Source of the DNA: Aeromicrobium sp.
GTDB lineage: Bacteria > Actinomycetota > Actinomycetes > Propionibacteriales > Nocardioidaceae
NCBI GenBank assembly: GCA_040511655.1
Contig: JBEVGQ010000180.1
Location: 1 to 44,848 of the forward strand
Length of the DNA stretch: 44,848 bases
Reading direction: 5' to 3'
This document shows positions 1-9,642 of this stretch, one piece after another. The notes under the pieces are model-generated. The model was not told the DNA's origin. It saw only the letters and a list, made by a program, of their open reading frames with translations, and did no database searches. Position 1 is the first letter of the stretch. Each line of letters begins with the position of its first letter. Both the position numbers and the translations under genes were made by a program.

Positions 1-1483
1 ACACCAGGTGCGGCCGCTCGGTCAAGGTGCCCTCGCCGAGCCGCCACAGCCGGTTGCGCAGGTCGGCGATCCAGCACAGGGCCCACTCCGCGCCGGTCCC
101 TTGCACCACGAAGTTGCGGGTGAACCGGCCGTACGCGCGACGGTCGCGCACGCGGGCGGACGGGTCGGCGACCGCCGCCTCCGGGTCGATCCCCTCGACC
201 GGCTCATCGGTGCTCTCGCCGAGCCGTGGGGCACCGCGCCCCAGCAACGTCCGGACGACCTCGCCGCGCTCGCCGGCGCGGGCCGCCTCCTCGACGAGGC
301 CGAACGCCTGCGGGTAGCGCCTCGACAGCACCTCGACCAGTCGACCGCTCTGGCCGTTCGTCGCGCCGTACATCGCTCCCAGCAGCCCCATCTTGGCGTC
401 GAGCCGGCTCGCGACCGCGCCCGAGTCGGCCACCGCCTGGTAGAGGTCGGCGCCCCTGGCTGACTGGGCCAGCGCCCGGTCGCCGCTCATCCCGGCCAGC
501 GCCCGCGGCTCCAGCTGGGCCACGTCGGCGACGACGAGGCGCCACCCGTCGTCGGCGACGGCCGCCGGACGCACCTGGGCCGGCAGCGACAGCGCGCCGC
601 CTCCGTTCGACGACCAGCGACCCGTGACGGACCCGCCGGGCTGGTACGACGGCCTGAAGCGACCGTTCCTGACCCACTGGTCGCTCCAGGTCCAGGCGTT
701 CGACGCGGCCAGCTGGGCCAGGTGCTTGTAGGCCAGCAGGGTCACGACGGCCGGGTGTTCGATCGATCGCAGGGTCGACGCCCGGGTGTCGTCGACCTCG
801 ATGCCCGCCCGGCGCAGCGCCGTCAGCAGCGCGGCCCGCGAGTCGGGATTGAGGTCGGGCGAGCCCAGCATCGACCGCAGCTCGTCGGCGAGAGCCTCGA
901 GGCGTCGCGGCCGCATGCCGCGGAGCGGACGTGGTCCGAGCAGCTCGGTGAGCAGGTGGTCGTGCACGTCGGCCCGCCACGGCACGCCCGCGAACGTCAT
1001 CTCGGAGGCCACCAGCGCCCCGGACGACTCCGCGGCCAGCAGGAGCTCCAGTCGCGTCCGCTCGTCGGACGCCGCCACCGCCGCGAGCTGCCGGACGTCT
1101 TCGAGGTCGGCGCGCAGGTGCTCGGCGGGGTCGTCGGACGCGAACAGAGCCGGCGCGCTCGGGGCGGCCGGGGCCATGACGTCCCACAGCCCGGACTGCT
1201 CTCCGTCGAGGTGGCTCTGGTCGACGGCCGGTGCCCGGCGGAGCACGCGATGGCACAGGCGCAGGTCGTGGCACCGCTCGACGCGGACGCCGGCCGCGAG
1301 CAGCGCGGGGTACCACCGCGCCGTGTCGTCCCACACCCAGCGCGGGCGCTCTGCCTCCCGCTCGGCCACGAACGCCGGCAGGTCGTCGAGGCTGATCTCG
1401 TCGCGGGTCCCGCCTGCGACGACCAGCACCCGCTCGGCAGGCAGACGCGAGAGCGACAGCCGGGTCGGTGACAAGCGGTTCAT
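1..1483 (-). CDS. Bifunctional 3'-5' exonuclease/family A DNA polymerase (actinobacterial PRK14975-type); 3' end lies beyond the left edge
   Basis: Not in the ORF track because there is no stop in the window. Manual translation from ATG 1483 gives MNRLSPTRL...PRWVWDDTARWYPALLAAGVRVERCHDLRLCH, then GSVTGRW, motif A LVVADVAQLEPRALA, motif B AKMGLLGAMYG and RFTRNFVVQG. Confidence 0.9.
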   Translation of the reverse strand, partial: MNRLSPTRLSLSRLPAERVLVVAGGTRDEISLDDLPAFVAEREAERPRWVWDDTARWYPALLAAGVRVERCHDLRLCHRVLRRAPAVDQSHLDGEQSGLWDVMAPAAPSAPALFASDDPAEHLRADLEDVRQLAAVAASDERTRLELLLAAESSGALVASEMTFAGVPWRADVHDHLLTELLGPRPLRGMRPRRLEALADELRSMLGSPDLNPDSRAALLTALRRAGIEVDDTRASTLRSIEHPAVVTLLAYKHLAQLAASNAWTWSDQWVRNGRFRPSYQPGGSVTGRWSSNGGGALSLPAQVRPAAVADDGWRLVVADVAQLEPRALAGMSGDRALAQSARGADLYQAVADSGAVASRLDAKMGLLGAMYGATNGQSGRLVEVLSRRYPQAFGLVEEAARAGERGEVVRTLLGRGAPRLGESTDEPVEGIDPEAAVADPSARVRDRRAYGRFTRNFVVQGTGAEWALCWIADLRNRLWRLGEGTLTERPHLV

Positions 1484-1490
1484 GCCGCGC

Positions 1491-2102
1491 TCACACCAGG
1501 TCGCGCAAGCGGGCCTTGAGGGAGTCCTTGACGGCCTGCGTCACGACCGGCTCCACCTGGGCATCGAGGCTCGAGGAGTCGTCGAGGTTCTCCAGCACCT
1601 CGCGCAGGTCGAGGTCGTCGATCGTCCGGTACAGGACGTCGTCGGTCTTCAGTGCCTTGTCGACGAGCGAGGCGGGCAGCGCTCGGATCAGGCGCTTCAC
1701 GAGGCCGTTGAGATCGGCCTCGTCGATCACCTCGTCGACGAGCTCGGACGCCCGCGGCAGCGTGCCATCGGCCTTCATCTGTCGCACCGCCGAGCGCAGG
1801 CCGCGGCGCAACGCGTCGACTTGGGCGTCGGTGGGATCGCCCGACCGAGCCAGCTGCAGCGTCAGCTCCTCGCGTCCGACACCGAGGGTGCAGGCGGCGT
1901 CCGCGAGCCCGATGAGCACCAGTCGCTCGGTGAGCCCCTCGATGCCCGAGGCCCGCGAGGTGGCCGGACGCTCGGCGCACGCGGCGGCAGGCCGCAGCGG
2001 CTCGTAGCTGCCGCCACCGTGGGTCACCTGGACTGTCAGCGTCCCCGCGACCATCGCGACCGCGGCGACGGGCAGCCCGATCCAGCGGGGGACGGCGCTC
2101 AC
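1491..2102 (-). CDS. Hypothetical membrane-anchored protein
   Basis: C-terminal part of ORF 1491..3188. GTG 2102 overlaps the MFS stop (GTGA). N-terminal hydrophobic stretch (WIGLPVAAVAMVAGTLTV) followed by a helical, acidic domain. Confidence 0.75.
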   Translation of the reverse strand: MSAVPRWIGLPVAAVAMVAGTLTVQVTHGGGSYEPLRPAAACAERPATSRASGIEGLTERLVLIGLADAACTLGVGREELTLQLARSGDPTDAQVDALRRGLRSAVRQMKADGTLPRASELVDEVIDEADLNGLVKRLIRALPASLVDKALKTDDVLYRTIDDLDLREVLENLDDSSSLDAQVEPVVTQAVKDSLKARLRDLV

Positions 2103-3442
2103 GACGCCCTCCGCGCCGGCGGCCGGACGAGGGTCAGCAGCGCCGCGAGCGCCAGGGCGGCGCCGACGAGGAACGAGTCGCGGAACGCGCGGTTCGCAGC
2201 CCGCTCGAGCTGGTCGTCGAGCCGGCGCTGCAACGCCGTCAGTGCCGGCCGGTCGGCGGAGTCGACGTCGAGCGTCGCGAACGCCGGAGCGAGGTCGGGC
2301 ACCTGGCCGCGCTGGTCGGCGAGCGCCGATCCGAGCGCCTTCGCCACCGCGATCTTGTCCTGAGGCTGCAGCGGTGCGTCGATCACCAGGGCCGTGATCG
2401 CCTCCTCGGCGGGGCGTTGGGCGTCCTGCAGGTCGCCGGTGAAGACGGGGGTCAGGATCGCCAGCCCGACGACGACGCCGAGGTGGCGGGCGCCGATCGT
2501 CCACCCGGCGTGGCGCGCTCGGGGTAGGCGCAGGTGCAGCGCCTGGGTCGTGAGCCGGTCGACCGTCAGCCCGAGTCCGAGGCCGACCAGCACCTGTGGG
2601 GCGATCGTCCAGGCCAGGTCGGACGACGGCAGGATCGCCAGGGCCGCCAGACCGCCGGCGACGAGGAAGCAGCCCACCGCGACCTCGACCTGGTGCGGGG
2701 GGCGGAACGGACGTGACAGCCACGGTGCGGCGACGGCGGCGACGGCCACGACCGACACCGTGACCGCAGCGGTCGCCGGCGACCGTCCCCAGCCCTCGAC
2801 CAGCAGCAGCACCACCAGGAACAGGGCGGCGGTCAGGGCGGCCGACATCAGCGCCAGCGTGAGGTTGGCGCGAACCGCCGGGCGGTGACGGTCGCGAGTG
2901 CGCGCCGACGCGGCCCGGACCACCAGCGAGGCGGGTACCGCGAGCACCGCGAACGGCACCTGCACCACGAAGATCGCCTGCCACGAGATCGCCTGCGTCA
3001 ACAGGCCGCCGGCCACCGGTCCGGCCGCAGTGCCGACGACGCCCGCGGTCACCCAGGTCGCCACGCCGCGACGCTCGCCGCGGGTCGCGACCAGCTGTTC
3101 GAGGCATCCCACGAGCGCCAGGGCCCCGCCGAGCGCCTGCACGCACCGGGCAGCCACCAGCACCTCGATCGAGCCGGCGACCGCGCACCAGGCCGACGCC
3201 GCGGCGAACACCGTGATGCCGCCGGCGGTGAACAGTCGCGGCTGGACCCGCTCGACCACCATCGCGGCCGGCACGGCAGCCAGCCCGAGCACCAGGTTGT
3301 AGGCGATCAGCACCCAGGCGACCTGCCCGACCGTCGCGTCGAGGTTCTGCAGGATGTCGGGCAGCGCGAGCGTGACGACGGCCGAGTCGGCCAGCACCAT
3401 CGCGACCGTGACGGCCAGCAGGGGAGTCACGGCTCGACGCAT
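2099..3442 (-). CDS. MFS transporter (DHA2/EmrB-like N-terminus)
   Basis: ATG 3442; LADSAVVTLALPDI, WVLIAYNL and ARCVQALGGA motifs; many hydrophobic helices. Confidence 0.88.
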   Translation of the reverse strand: MRRAVTPLLAVTVAMVLADSAVVTLALPDILQNLDATVGQVAWVLIAYNLVLGLAAVPAAMVVERVQPRLFTAGGITVFAAASAWCAVAGSIEVLVAARCVQALGGALALVGCLEQLVATRGERRGVATWVTAGVVGTAAGPVAGGLLTQAISWQAIFVVQVPFAVLAVPASLVVRAASARTRDRHRPAVRANLTLALMSAALTAALFLVVLLLVEGWGRSPATAAVTVSVVAVAAVAAPWLSRPFRPPHQVEVAVGCFLVAGGLAALAILPSSDLAWTIAPQVLVGLGLGLTVDRLTTQALHLRLPRARHAGWTIGARHLGVVVGLAILTPVFTGDLQDAQRPAEEAITALVIDAPLQPQDKIAVAKALGSALADQRGQVPDLAPAFATLDVDSADRPALTALQRRLDDQLERAANRAFRDSFLVGAALALAALLTLVRPPARRAS

Positions 3443-3483
3443 CGGACCATCCTCGCAGCCGGTCGCGTCGGGGCCGGACACCG

Positions 3484-4341
3484 TCAGTCCGCGCGCGACG
3501 TCGACGACTCGTCGGCGATGACCGAGAAGTCGCTGTCGCCGAGACCGGCGTCCTGAGCCGCGAGCAGCCGCTCCCGGGTCGTCTCGGTGACCGGCAGCGG
3601 CTGGGCGGCGTCGAGCACGAGGCCCAGGTCCTTGGCCAGCGCGTCGACCGTGAACTGCGCGTCGTCGTAGTCGCCGCCGGCGACAGTGGAGCCCTTGGCG
3701 GCGGCGATGCCGGCCAGCGGGGTCTTGACCATCAGGTCCATGACGTCCTGGGCCGACATGCCGACCGAGGCGCCGACGCGGATCGACTCCGTGAGGGCCT
3801 GCATCGTGACGGCGAGACCGAGGTTGACCGCGAGCTTGCCGGCGGCGGCGCGCTCGGGCGTGGCGAGCTCGAACACGCGCTCCGTGTCGGCCCACAGGTC
3901 GGTGACCGTGCGGGCGGCCGCGACGTCGTCCGGCGCGCCGCCGAGCAGGACCCCGAGTGCCCGAGCGCGGGCTGGGGCCAGGGTCCCGAGGACGGGCGAC
4001 TGGACGTACCGGACCTCACGCTCGGCGGCCCAGGCCGCCTGGGCGGAAGCATCGCCCGGCCCGACCGTCGTCACGTCGACCCAGAGGGTTCCCGGCGCGA
4101 ACGTGTCGACGCCGTCGAGCACGACCTTGCGGACCGTCTCGGGGCCGAACAGCACCGTGACGACGACCTCGGCTCCGGCGACGGCCTCTGCAGCGGTCCG
4201 CGCCTGCCTTGCCCCGGCGTCGACTGCGGCCGCGCACGCCTCCGGCGTCCGGTTCCACACCGTGACGTCGTGGCCGGCATCGATGACGTGCTGCACGAGC
4301 TCGCGGCCCATCCGGCCCAAGCCGAGGACGGTGATCTTCAT
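3484..4341 (-). CDS. NAD(P)-dependent beta-hydroxyacid dehydrogenase (3-hydroxyisobutyrate DH family)
   Basis: LGLGRMG Rossmann motif, VWNRT, SPVLG, catalytic KLAVN, KDL. Confidence 0.9.
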   Translation of the reverse strand: MKITVLGLGRMGRELVQHVIDAGHDVTVWNRTPEACAAAVDAGARQARTAAEAVAGAEVVVTVLFGPETVRKVVLDGVDTFAPGTLWVDVTTVGPGDASAQAAWAAEREVRYVQSPVLGTLAPARARALGVLLGGAPDDVAAARTVTDLWADTERVFELATPERAAAGKLAVNLGLAVTMQALTESIRVGASVGMSAQDVMDLMVKTPLAGIAAAKGSTVAGGDYDDAQFTVDALAKDLGLVLDAAQPLPVTETTRERLLAAQDAGLGDSDFSVIADESSTSRAD

Positions 4342-4472
4342 GGGTGGCAGCCTTTCGTCGGGTGTGGTCCGGGAGCGTGCGGGCCGGTCGGGGTCCTGGG
4401 CTCAGGGCGACGGATCCACCGTATCCGCGGTGCGTCGCCTCGGCTCGTCGTCGGGCGTTCCCGCTCCGGCCG

Positions 4473-4661
4473 GGGACGACCTTCGCGGACTTCTTCGCCG
4501 ACGCCTGCCTCACCCCGCACGCGTCGCAGATCACGGGGGTCGTTTGCGGCGTGCGTGTCGAGGACGTCGACGACCCGCTGATGCAGAAGATCCGCTACCT
4601 CGACAAGCTCGTCGACGAGCTCGCTCGCGGCAAGGCCATCGAGAAGGTCCTGCGCGCCTAG
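4473..4661 (+). pseudogene. 5'-truncated DUF2200-family gene
   Basis: TTFADFF...[35 protein letters not shown] matches the C-terminal half of DUF2200. The upstream in-frame sequence is unrelated and has no good start. Confidence 0.7.
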
Positions 4662-4731
4662 ACCCGCCTCGCGAGACGCCCACCGCGAGTCGCTGCGCGA
4701 GCGCGTGCCGCCGGGGCGGCAGGATGGTCCG

Positions 4732-5187
4732 GTGAGCACCGAGCCTGTCATCATCCACACCGACGGCGGATGCACGCCCAACCCGGGGCCGGGAGGATGG
4801 GGGGCGGTGCTGCGCCAGGGCGAGCACCTCCGCGAGATGTTCGGCGGCGAGCCGACGGCCACCACCAACAACCGCATGGAGCTGACGGCACCCATCATGG
4901 CGCTCGAGGCGCTCAAGCGACCCGTCACGGTGCACCTGCACACCGATAGCACCTACGTCCGCAGCGGCATCACGCAGTGGGTCGCCGGCTGGGAGAAGAA
5001 CGGCTGGCGCACCGCGTCCAAGCAACCGGTCAAGAACGTCGATCTCTGGCAACGGTTGAAGGCCGCGTGCGAGCGGCACGAGGTCGAGTGGTTCTGGGTC
5101 AAGGGGCACTCTGGCGTCCCCGACAACGAGCTCGCCGACGTGCTGGCCACCAAGGGCATGCTCGAGGCGATGGGCGGCGCGGGCTGA
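4732..5187 (+). CDS. rnhA: Ribonuclease HI
   Basis: [48 protein letters not shown]: all catalytic acidic residues present. Confidence 0.96.
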   Translation: MSTEPVIIHTDGGCTPNPGPGGWGAVLRQGEHLREMFGGEPTATTNNRMELTAPIMALEALKRPVTVHLHTDSTYVRSGITQWVAGWEKNGWRTASKQPVKNVDLWQRLKAACERHEVEWFWVKGHSGVPDNELADVLATKGMLEAMGGAG

Positions 5188-5200
5188 CCGTCCGCCGTCG

Positions 5201-5617
5201 TCACACCAGCAGCGCGGCGACGAGGGCGACGACCGTCGCCAGCAGCCGGACGCGGTCGGCCCGCAGCAGCCGGACGATCTCGGTCCTGTCGGGCCCGGCA
5301 GCGCCGGCCCCGCCCAGACGTCCGTGCGACGGCGCCGCGAAGGCTGCCGTTGTGCCGCCCGCGACCGCGTGGCCGGCGACGGCGACGATCGCCGCAGCCG
5401 AGTGCGGTCCGGCCACCAGCACCCACAGGCAGGCTGCGGCGACCACGAGGTAGAGCGGACCCACGACCACGCTGATGCGTCGCGAGTGAGCCGCGTGGAC
5501 GACGTCCCAGTCGGCGCCTGGTGTGGTCGCGAGCGCGGGGTAGACCACGACCGTCACGACGGCCTGGAAGCCGAGGTGCAGCCCGCTCGCGACGAGCAGG
5601 CCGGTCTCGGGGGTCAC
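5201..5617 (-). CDS. Small 4-TM membrane protein (DUF1772-like)
   Basis: Hydrophobic helices; VVYPAL, H...HSRRI and AAPSHGRL pattern. Confidence 0.7.
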   Translation of the reverse strand: MTPETGLLVASGLHLGFQAVVTVVVYPALATTPGADWDVVHAAHSRRISVVVGPLYLVVAAACLWVLVAGPHSAAAIVAVAGHAVAGGTTAAFAAPSHGRLGGAGAAGPDRTEIVRLLRADRVRLLATVVALVAALLV

Positions 5618-5695
5618 CGCTCCATTGCACCGTCTGGTTCGACGACGTGCACGTCGGACCGGAGTACGACGCCGCCGAACGGGTACTCATCCGGC

Positions 5696-5881
5696 ATGAG
5701 CTCAGATCCCACGCAGGCACGCAACGACAACGACGACTCCACCACCGAGGAGGACGGCCAGCTGGCCAATCCTGGTCCGGTGCCGCCGGCTCCCGAGGAC
5801 GCGTCCGACACCGGCGAGGGACGTCCGGGCGACCTCACCGCCGAGGCCGGCCCAGACCAGGACACCGACCCCGACCGCTGA
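5696..5881 (+). CDS. Small acidic disordered protein (61 aa)
   Basis: ATG 5696; D/E/P-rich; GGGTAC 10 nt upstream, typical of leaderless SigF/SigB-type genes. Confidence 0.55.
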   Translation: MSSDPTQARNDNDDSTTEEDGQLANPGPVPPAPEDASDTGEGRPGDLTAEAGPDQDTDPDR

Positions 5882-5959
5882 CCCCGCCCCCCGCTGGGCC
5901 TGACGTTCTCGCAGACACGCCGACGGCGTGTCGGTCGAAACGTCAGGCCCAGCGGTGCG

Positions 5960-8077
5960 TCAGGCGCGGTCCTCGAGGGCCTCGGTGAGCATCGCGATGA
6001 GCGCCTCGAGCTGGACGTCGGCCGACGACGAGATCTCCTCGTCGGAGCCGTCCAGCGCGCGGGCCGCCAGGCTGGCCTTGCTGTCGATCAGCTCGGCGAT
6101 CTTGCCGTCGATGGTCTGGGCGGCGATGATGCGCCACGCCGTGACAGGCTCCTCCTGGCCGATGCGGTGCACGCGGTCGATGGCCTGCGTCTGCTCGGCA
6201 TCGGTCCACGACAGCTCGGCGAGCACGACGTTGGACGCGACCTGCAGGTTGAGGCCCACGCCGGCGGCGGTCAGCGAGCACACCACGATCTCGACGTCCT
6301 CGTCGTCGACGAAGGCGTCGATGTTGGCCTGGCGCACCTTGGCGCTCTGGTCGCCGCGGATGGAGGAGTACCGGATGCCGCGCTTGGTGAACGTCTCCTC
6401 GGCGACGTCCATGACGTCGATGTGCTTGGCGAAGAAGACGACCTTGCCGACGTTGCGCGACAGCTGGGCCGCGTAGTCGGCGGCGAGACCGGCCTTGGCC
6501 TGCCCGATGCGGCGCATCATGCCGAACACGTTCTGGCCGGTCTTCTCGTCGTCGGCGTCCTCGCGCTCCCAGCGCGCGACGCTGCGGACGAGCTCGTGGT
6601 CGATGCCGTCGACCGTGACGCCCGACGAGCGGTTCTCGAGCGCCGAGTCGTAGCGGGCGACCAGTCGGCGCGCCAGCTCGGCCTCTGCCTCGCGGATCGA
6701 CCGTCCGACGGCGTCGTCGAGCTCGACCGGCAGGTCGGCGACGCGGCGTGCGGGGATGTCGGCGGCCACGTCGACCTTGCGGCGCCGGACGATGCCCATG
6801 TTGATGACGTTGGTGCGCGCCGAGGAGTAGAAGCCCTTGTCGGCTGGGGTGAGGCCGGTCTCCTCGAGACGCTCCATCAGCTCGGCCAGCGGCTTCTTGT
6901 CGTCGATCCAGCCGAGGAACTGCCAGATCGCGCGGAAGTCCTCGATGTCGTTGATGAGCGGCGTGCCGGTCAGGGCCATCAGCAGGGGGCGGACGGTGCG
7001 GTGACGGATGCGCTCGGACAGCTCGAGCGCGTGCTTCGAGCGCTGCGACGAGCGGTTCTTGATGAAGTGGGCCTCGTCGACGACCATGCCGCGGAAGCCG
7101 AACTCGCCGAGCCAGCCGACGTGACGGTCGAGCACCTCGTAGTTGACGATCACGATGTCGGCGAAGCCGTCGATCGAGTCGCCGTCTCCGTGGATGACGG
7201 TCGCCTTGCGGCTGGGCGTCCAGATGTCGGCCTCGCGCGCCCAGTTGGTCTTGACGACGTTGGGCACGACGACGAGCAGCGGGTAGGCGTCGGCGGCGTG
7301 CGCGGCCAGCAGGGCCTGCGCGGTCTTGCCGAGGCCCGGCTCGTCGGCCAGCAGGAACGTCCGGTGTCCTTCGGCGGCGGCGCCGACGACCTGCGCCTGG
7401 TGCGGCATCAGCTCGAGGCCGCCCGGCGTCATGAGGAAGCCCGGCGGGGGCAGCGGCATGCACGACGACGCGCCGCCGTACTCGAAGGCGCGGAACAGCG
7501 GGCCGAGCAGCTCCCAGGTCGACAGGCGTTTGGGGCTGGCGGGCTTGTGCTCGACGGCGGAGAAGTCGGGGGCCAGGAACGGGTTGGCGAGCTGCCGGGC
7601 GACGACCGACTGGGGCACCACACGACGTTCGACCGTCGCCGGGGCGGCATCGGACGAGGCTGCGGCGGGCGCCTCGATGCCGGCGGCCTGCAGCATCTCG
7701 CTGCGCAGGGTGTCGGCCGCGTCAGTGAAGACGGCGTTCTCGTCGAGCAGCGGGTAGACCGTCGGGTCGAGCGCGACGGTCTGCGCGAGGATCGTCGCGA
7801 CCCCGTCGAGGCGCTTGAGCTGCTCGGCGCGGTGGGCCTCGGGGGCCTCCTTGTCGGCCTTGACGCGGGTGCGCTCCTCGCGGACGAGCACGGCGACGAC
7901 CTGGAACTTGGTGCGCCCGGCGGGGGTGAGCGGACCGCGCTGGGCCTTGGCCTCGACCTCGCGGACGGCGCGCGCGAGCACGCGGATGATGTCGCCCTTC
8001 TCGAGGGGACGGGCACTGCGCTGCTGCCGGGGGGCAGTGCGGGTGGTGCCGGACTGGCGCTGGCCTCGTCGAGCCAA
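5960..8077 (-). CDS. SNF2-family (DEAH-box) helicase/ATPase
   Basis: LADEPGLGKT (motif I), VVDEAH (II), LTGTP (III), AAGVGLNL (V), QAIDRVHRIGQ (VI); RBS GGAGG before TTG. Confidence 0.93.
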   Translation of the reverse strand: MARRGQRQSGTTRTAPRQQRSARPLEKGDIIRVLARAVREVEAKAQRGPLTPAGRTKFQVVAVLVREERTRVKADKEAPEAHRAEQLKRLDGVATILAQTVALDPTVYPLLDENAVFTDAADTLRSEMLQAAGIEAPAAASSDAAPATVERRVVPQSVVARQLANPFLAPDFSAVEHKPASPKRLSTWELLGPLFRAFEYGGASSCMPLPPPGFLMTPGGLELMPHQAQVVGAAAEGHRTFLLADEPGLGKTAQALLAAHAADAYPLLVVVPNVVKTNWAREADIWTPSRKATVIHGDGDSIDGFADIVIVNYEVLDRHVGWLGEFGFRGMVVDEAHFIKNRSSQRSKHALELSERIRHRTVRPLLMALTGTPLINDIEDFRAIWQFLGWIDDKKPLAELMERLEETGLTPADKGFYSSARTNVINMGIVRRRKVDVAADIPARRVADLPVELDDAVGRSIREAEAELARRLVARYDSALENRSSGVTVDGIDHELVRSVARWEREDADDEKTGQNVFGMMRRIGQAKAGLAADYAAQLSRNVGKVVFFAKHIDVMDVAEETFTKRGIRYSSIRGDQSAKVRQANIDAFVDDEDVEIVVCSLTAAGVGLNLQVASNVVLAELSWTDAEQTQAIDRVHRIGQEEPVTAWRIIAAQTIDGKIAELIDSKASLAARALDGSDEEISSSADVQLEALIAMLTEALEDRA

Positions 8078-8376
8078 GGGTTCCTCCTGGGGAGTGTCGG
8101 GCGTGAGCCCGACGGTGCGGCGGCACCGGGCCAGCTCGTGGACCGTGACGTGAGACGTGCCGGAATCGTGGCCGGTGCGTCACCCGTTCGTCGACCACCG
8201 GGAATGCTGCGTCCGGCGGAGATCGGCCGTGCGGTGAGCCCTGCTGACGGACTTCGCACGACGGCCCGTGAGCAGTCGTCGTCCCTCGAAGAAGGACGCT
8301 GCGGGTCGGTGTACGTCCATGCTACCCCCGAGCCCGGTCGCCTGCCGCAGAACCTCGACGGAAGCCGGACGGGTTG

Positions 8377-9633
8377 TCAGCGGCCGGGAGGTCCGGCGTG
8401 GCTGCCGCGAGGCCTGGTCGCCGGTGCGACGTCGTCGGGCGCGGTGCGCGGCGGCGCCAGCCAGACCGCGAAGAGCGTCGTGATCGGCACCGCCAGCACG
8501 AGACCGATGGCACCGACGAGCGTGCGGACGATCTCCTGCCCGATCTCCTCCGTCGTGGCGAGGTCGGCGAGCCCGCGCTGGTAGGCCGTCGCGAGCAGCA
8601 GCACCGTCATCGCCGAGCCGGCGTACGCGAAGACCAGCGTGTAGACGCTCGACGCGATGTGGTCGCGACCGATGCGCATCGCCGAGCCGAACAGCTCGAC
8701 GCCACGGGCCGCCGGCTTGAGCGCGCGCATCTCCCAGACGGCACTGGCCTGCGTGACGGTCACGTCGTTGAGCACGCCGAGCCCCGCGATGACCATCGTG
8801 CCGGCCACGATGGCCGACAGGGAGATGTCGGGGACCGTCGCGATGAGGCGCTGGTCGTCGTCCGAGCCGATGCCACTCAGCTGCGACCAGCCCGTCGCCG
8901 CCAGCCCGATCGCCGCCGTGATCGCGATGCCGACCAGGGTGCCGAACAGGGCGGACGTCGTGCGGATCGAGATGCCGTGCGCGAGGTACAGCACGACGAT
9001 CATGATCACCGTCGAGCCGACCACCGCCACGGCCAAGGGCGACTCGCCGGCCAGGAAGGCCGGGAGCATGAACTTGGTGACGGCCAGCAGGGTGACTCCG
9101 ATGCCGACCAGTGCGAACAGGCCGCGCCACCGCGCGATCGCGACGACCAGCACGGCGAAGATCGCCGCCAGGGCCACCAGGGGCACCCCGCGCTGGAAGT
9201 CGAGGAACTCGTACGAGGCCTTCTGGCCCTCGGGGTGCAGCCGGATGAGCCGGATCTTGTCACCCGGGTCGATGCCCGCCTTGTAACGCGACGCGTCGAG
9301 GTCGAAGGTGCCGGTGCCGTCGGGGACGTCGGCGGTGATGTGGGCGCAGTCACCGGTGACCTCGACCGTCCCGTCGGGACCTTCGCCGCCGCTGCCGCAG
9401 TCGAACGGCACGACCTTGGTGACGGTCGCGTCGACGGTGCTGACGCCTTGGCCGCTGTAGGGATTCTGGTCCTTCGGCACCTGGTCGGCGTCGGGCCACA
9501 GCAGGATCATCGCGACGACGGCGGCCATGGCGATCGTCATGACGATCATGGACAGGGCGACCGCCAGCCCTCGGCGAGGTGGCCCCTCGGGCGCCGGCGA
9601 GTGGGAGTGCGAGTGAGAGTGCGAATGTGCCAC
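8377..9633 (-). CDS. YibE/F family membrane protein with N-terminal (HS)n tract
   Basis: GTG 9633 (MAHSHSHSHSHS); GLGVLNDVTVTQAS, GRDHIASSVYTLVFAYAG and EIVRTLVG motifs. Confidence 0.9.
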   Translation of the reverse strand: MAHSHSHSHSHSPAPEGPPRRGLAVALSMIVMTIAMAAVVAMILLWPDADQVPKDQNPYSGQGVSTVDATVTKVVPFDCGSGGEGPDGTVEVTGDCAHITADVPDGTGTFDLDASRYKAGIDPGDKIRLIRLHPEGQKASYEFLDFQRGVPLVALAAIFAVLVVAIARWRGLFALVGIGVTLLAVTKFMLPAFLAGESPLAVAVVGSTVIMIVVLYLAHGISIRTTSALFGTLVGIAITAAIGLAATGWSQLSGIGSDDDQRLIATVPDISLSAIVAGTMVIAGLGVLNDVTVTQASAVWEMRALKPAARGVELFGSAMRIGRDHIASSVYTLVFAYAGSAMTVLLLATAYQRGLADLATTEEIGQEIVRTLVGAIGLVLAVPITTLFAVWLAPPRTAPDDVAPATRPRGSHAGPPGR

Positions 9634-9642
9634 GATGACAGC

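Noticed and set aside
5960-8077. SNF2 helicase as part of an anti-phage defence system
   Set aside because: No nuclease, methylase or other defence partner is adjacent, and the context looks like core genome.
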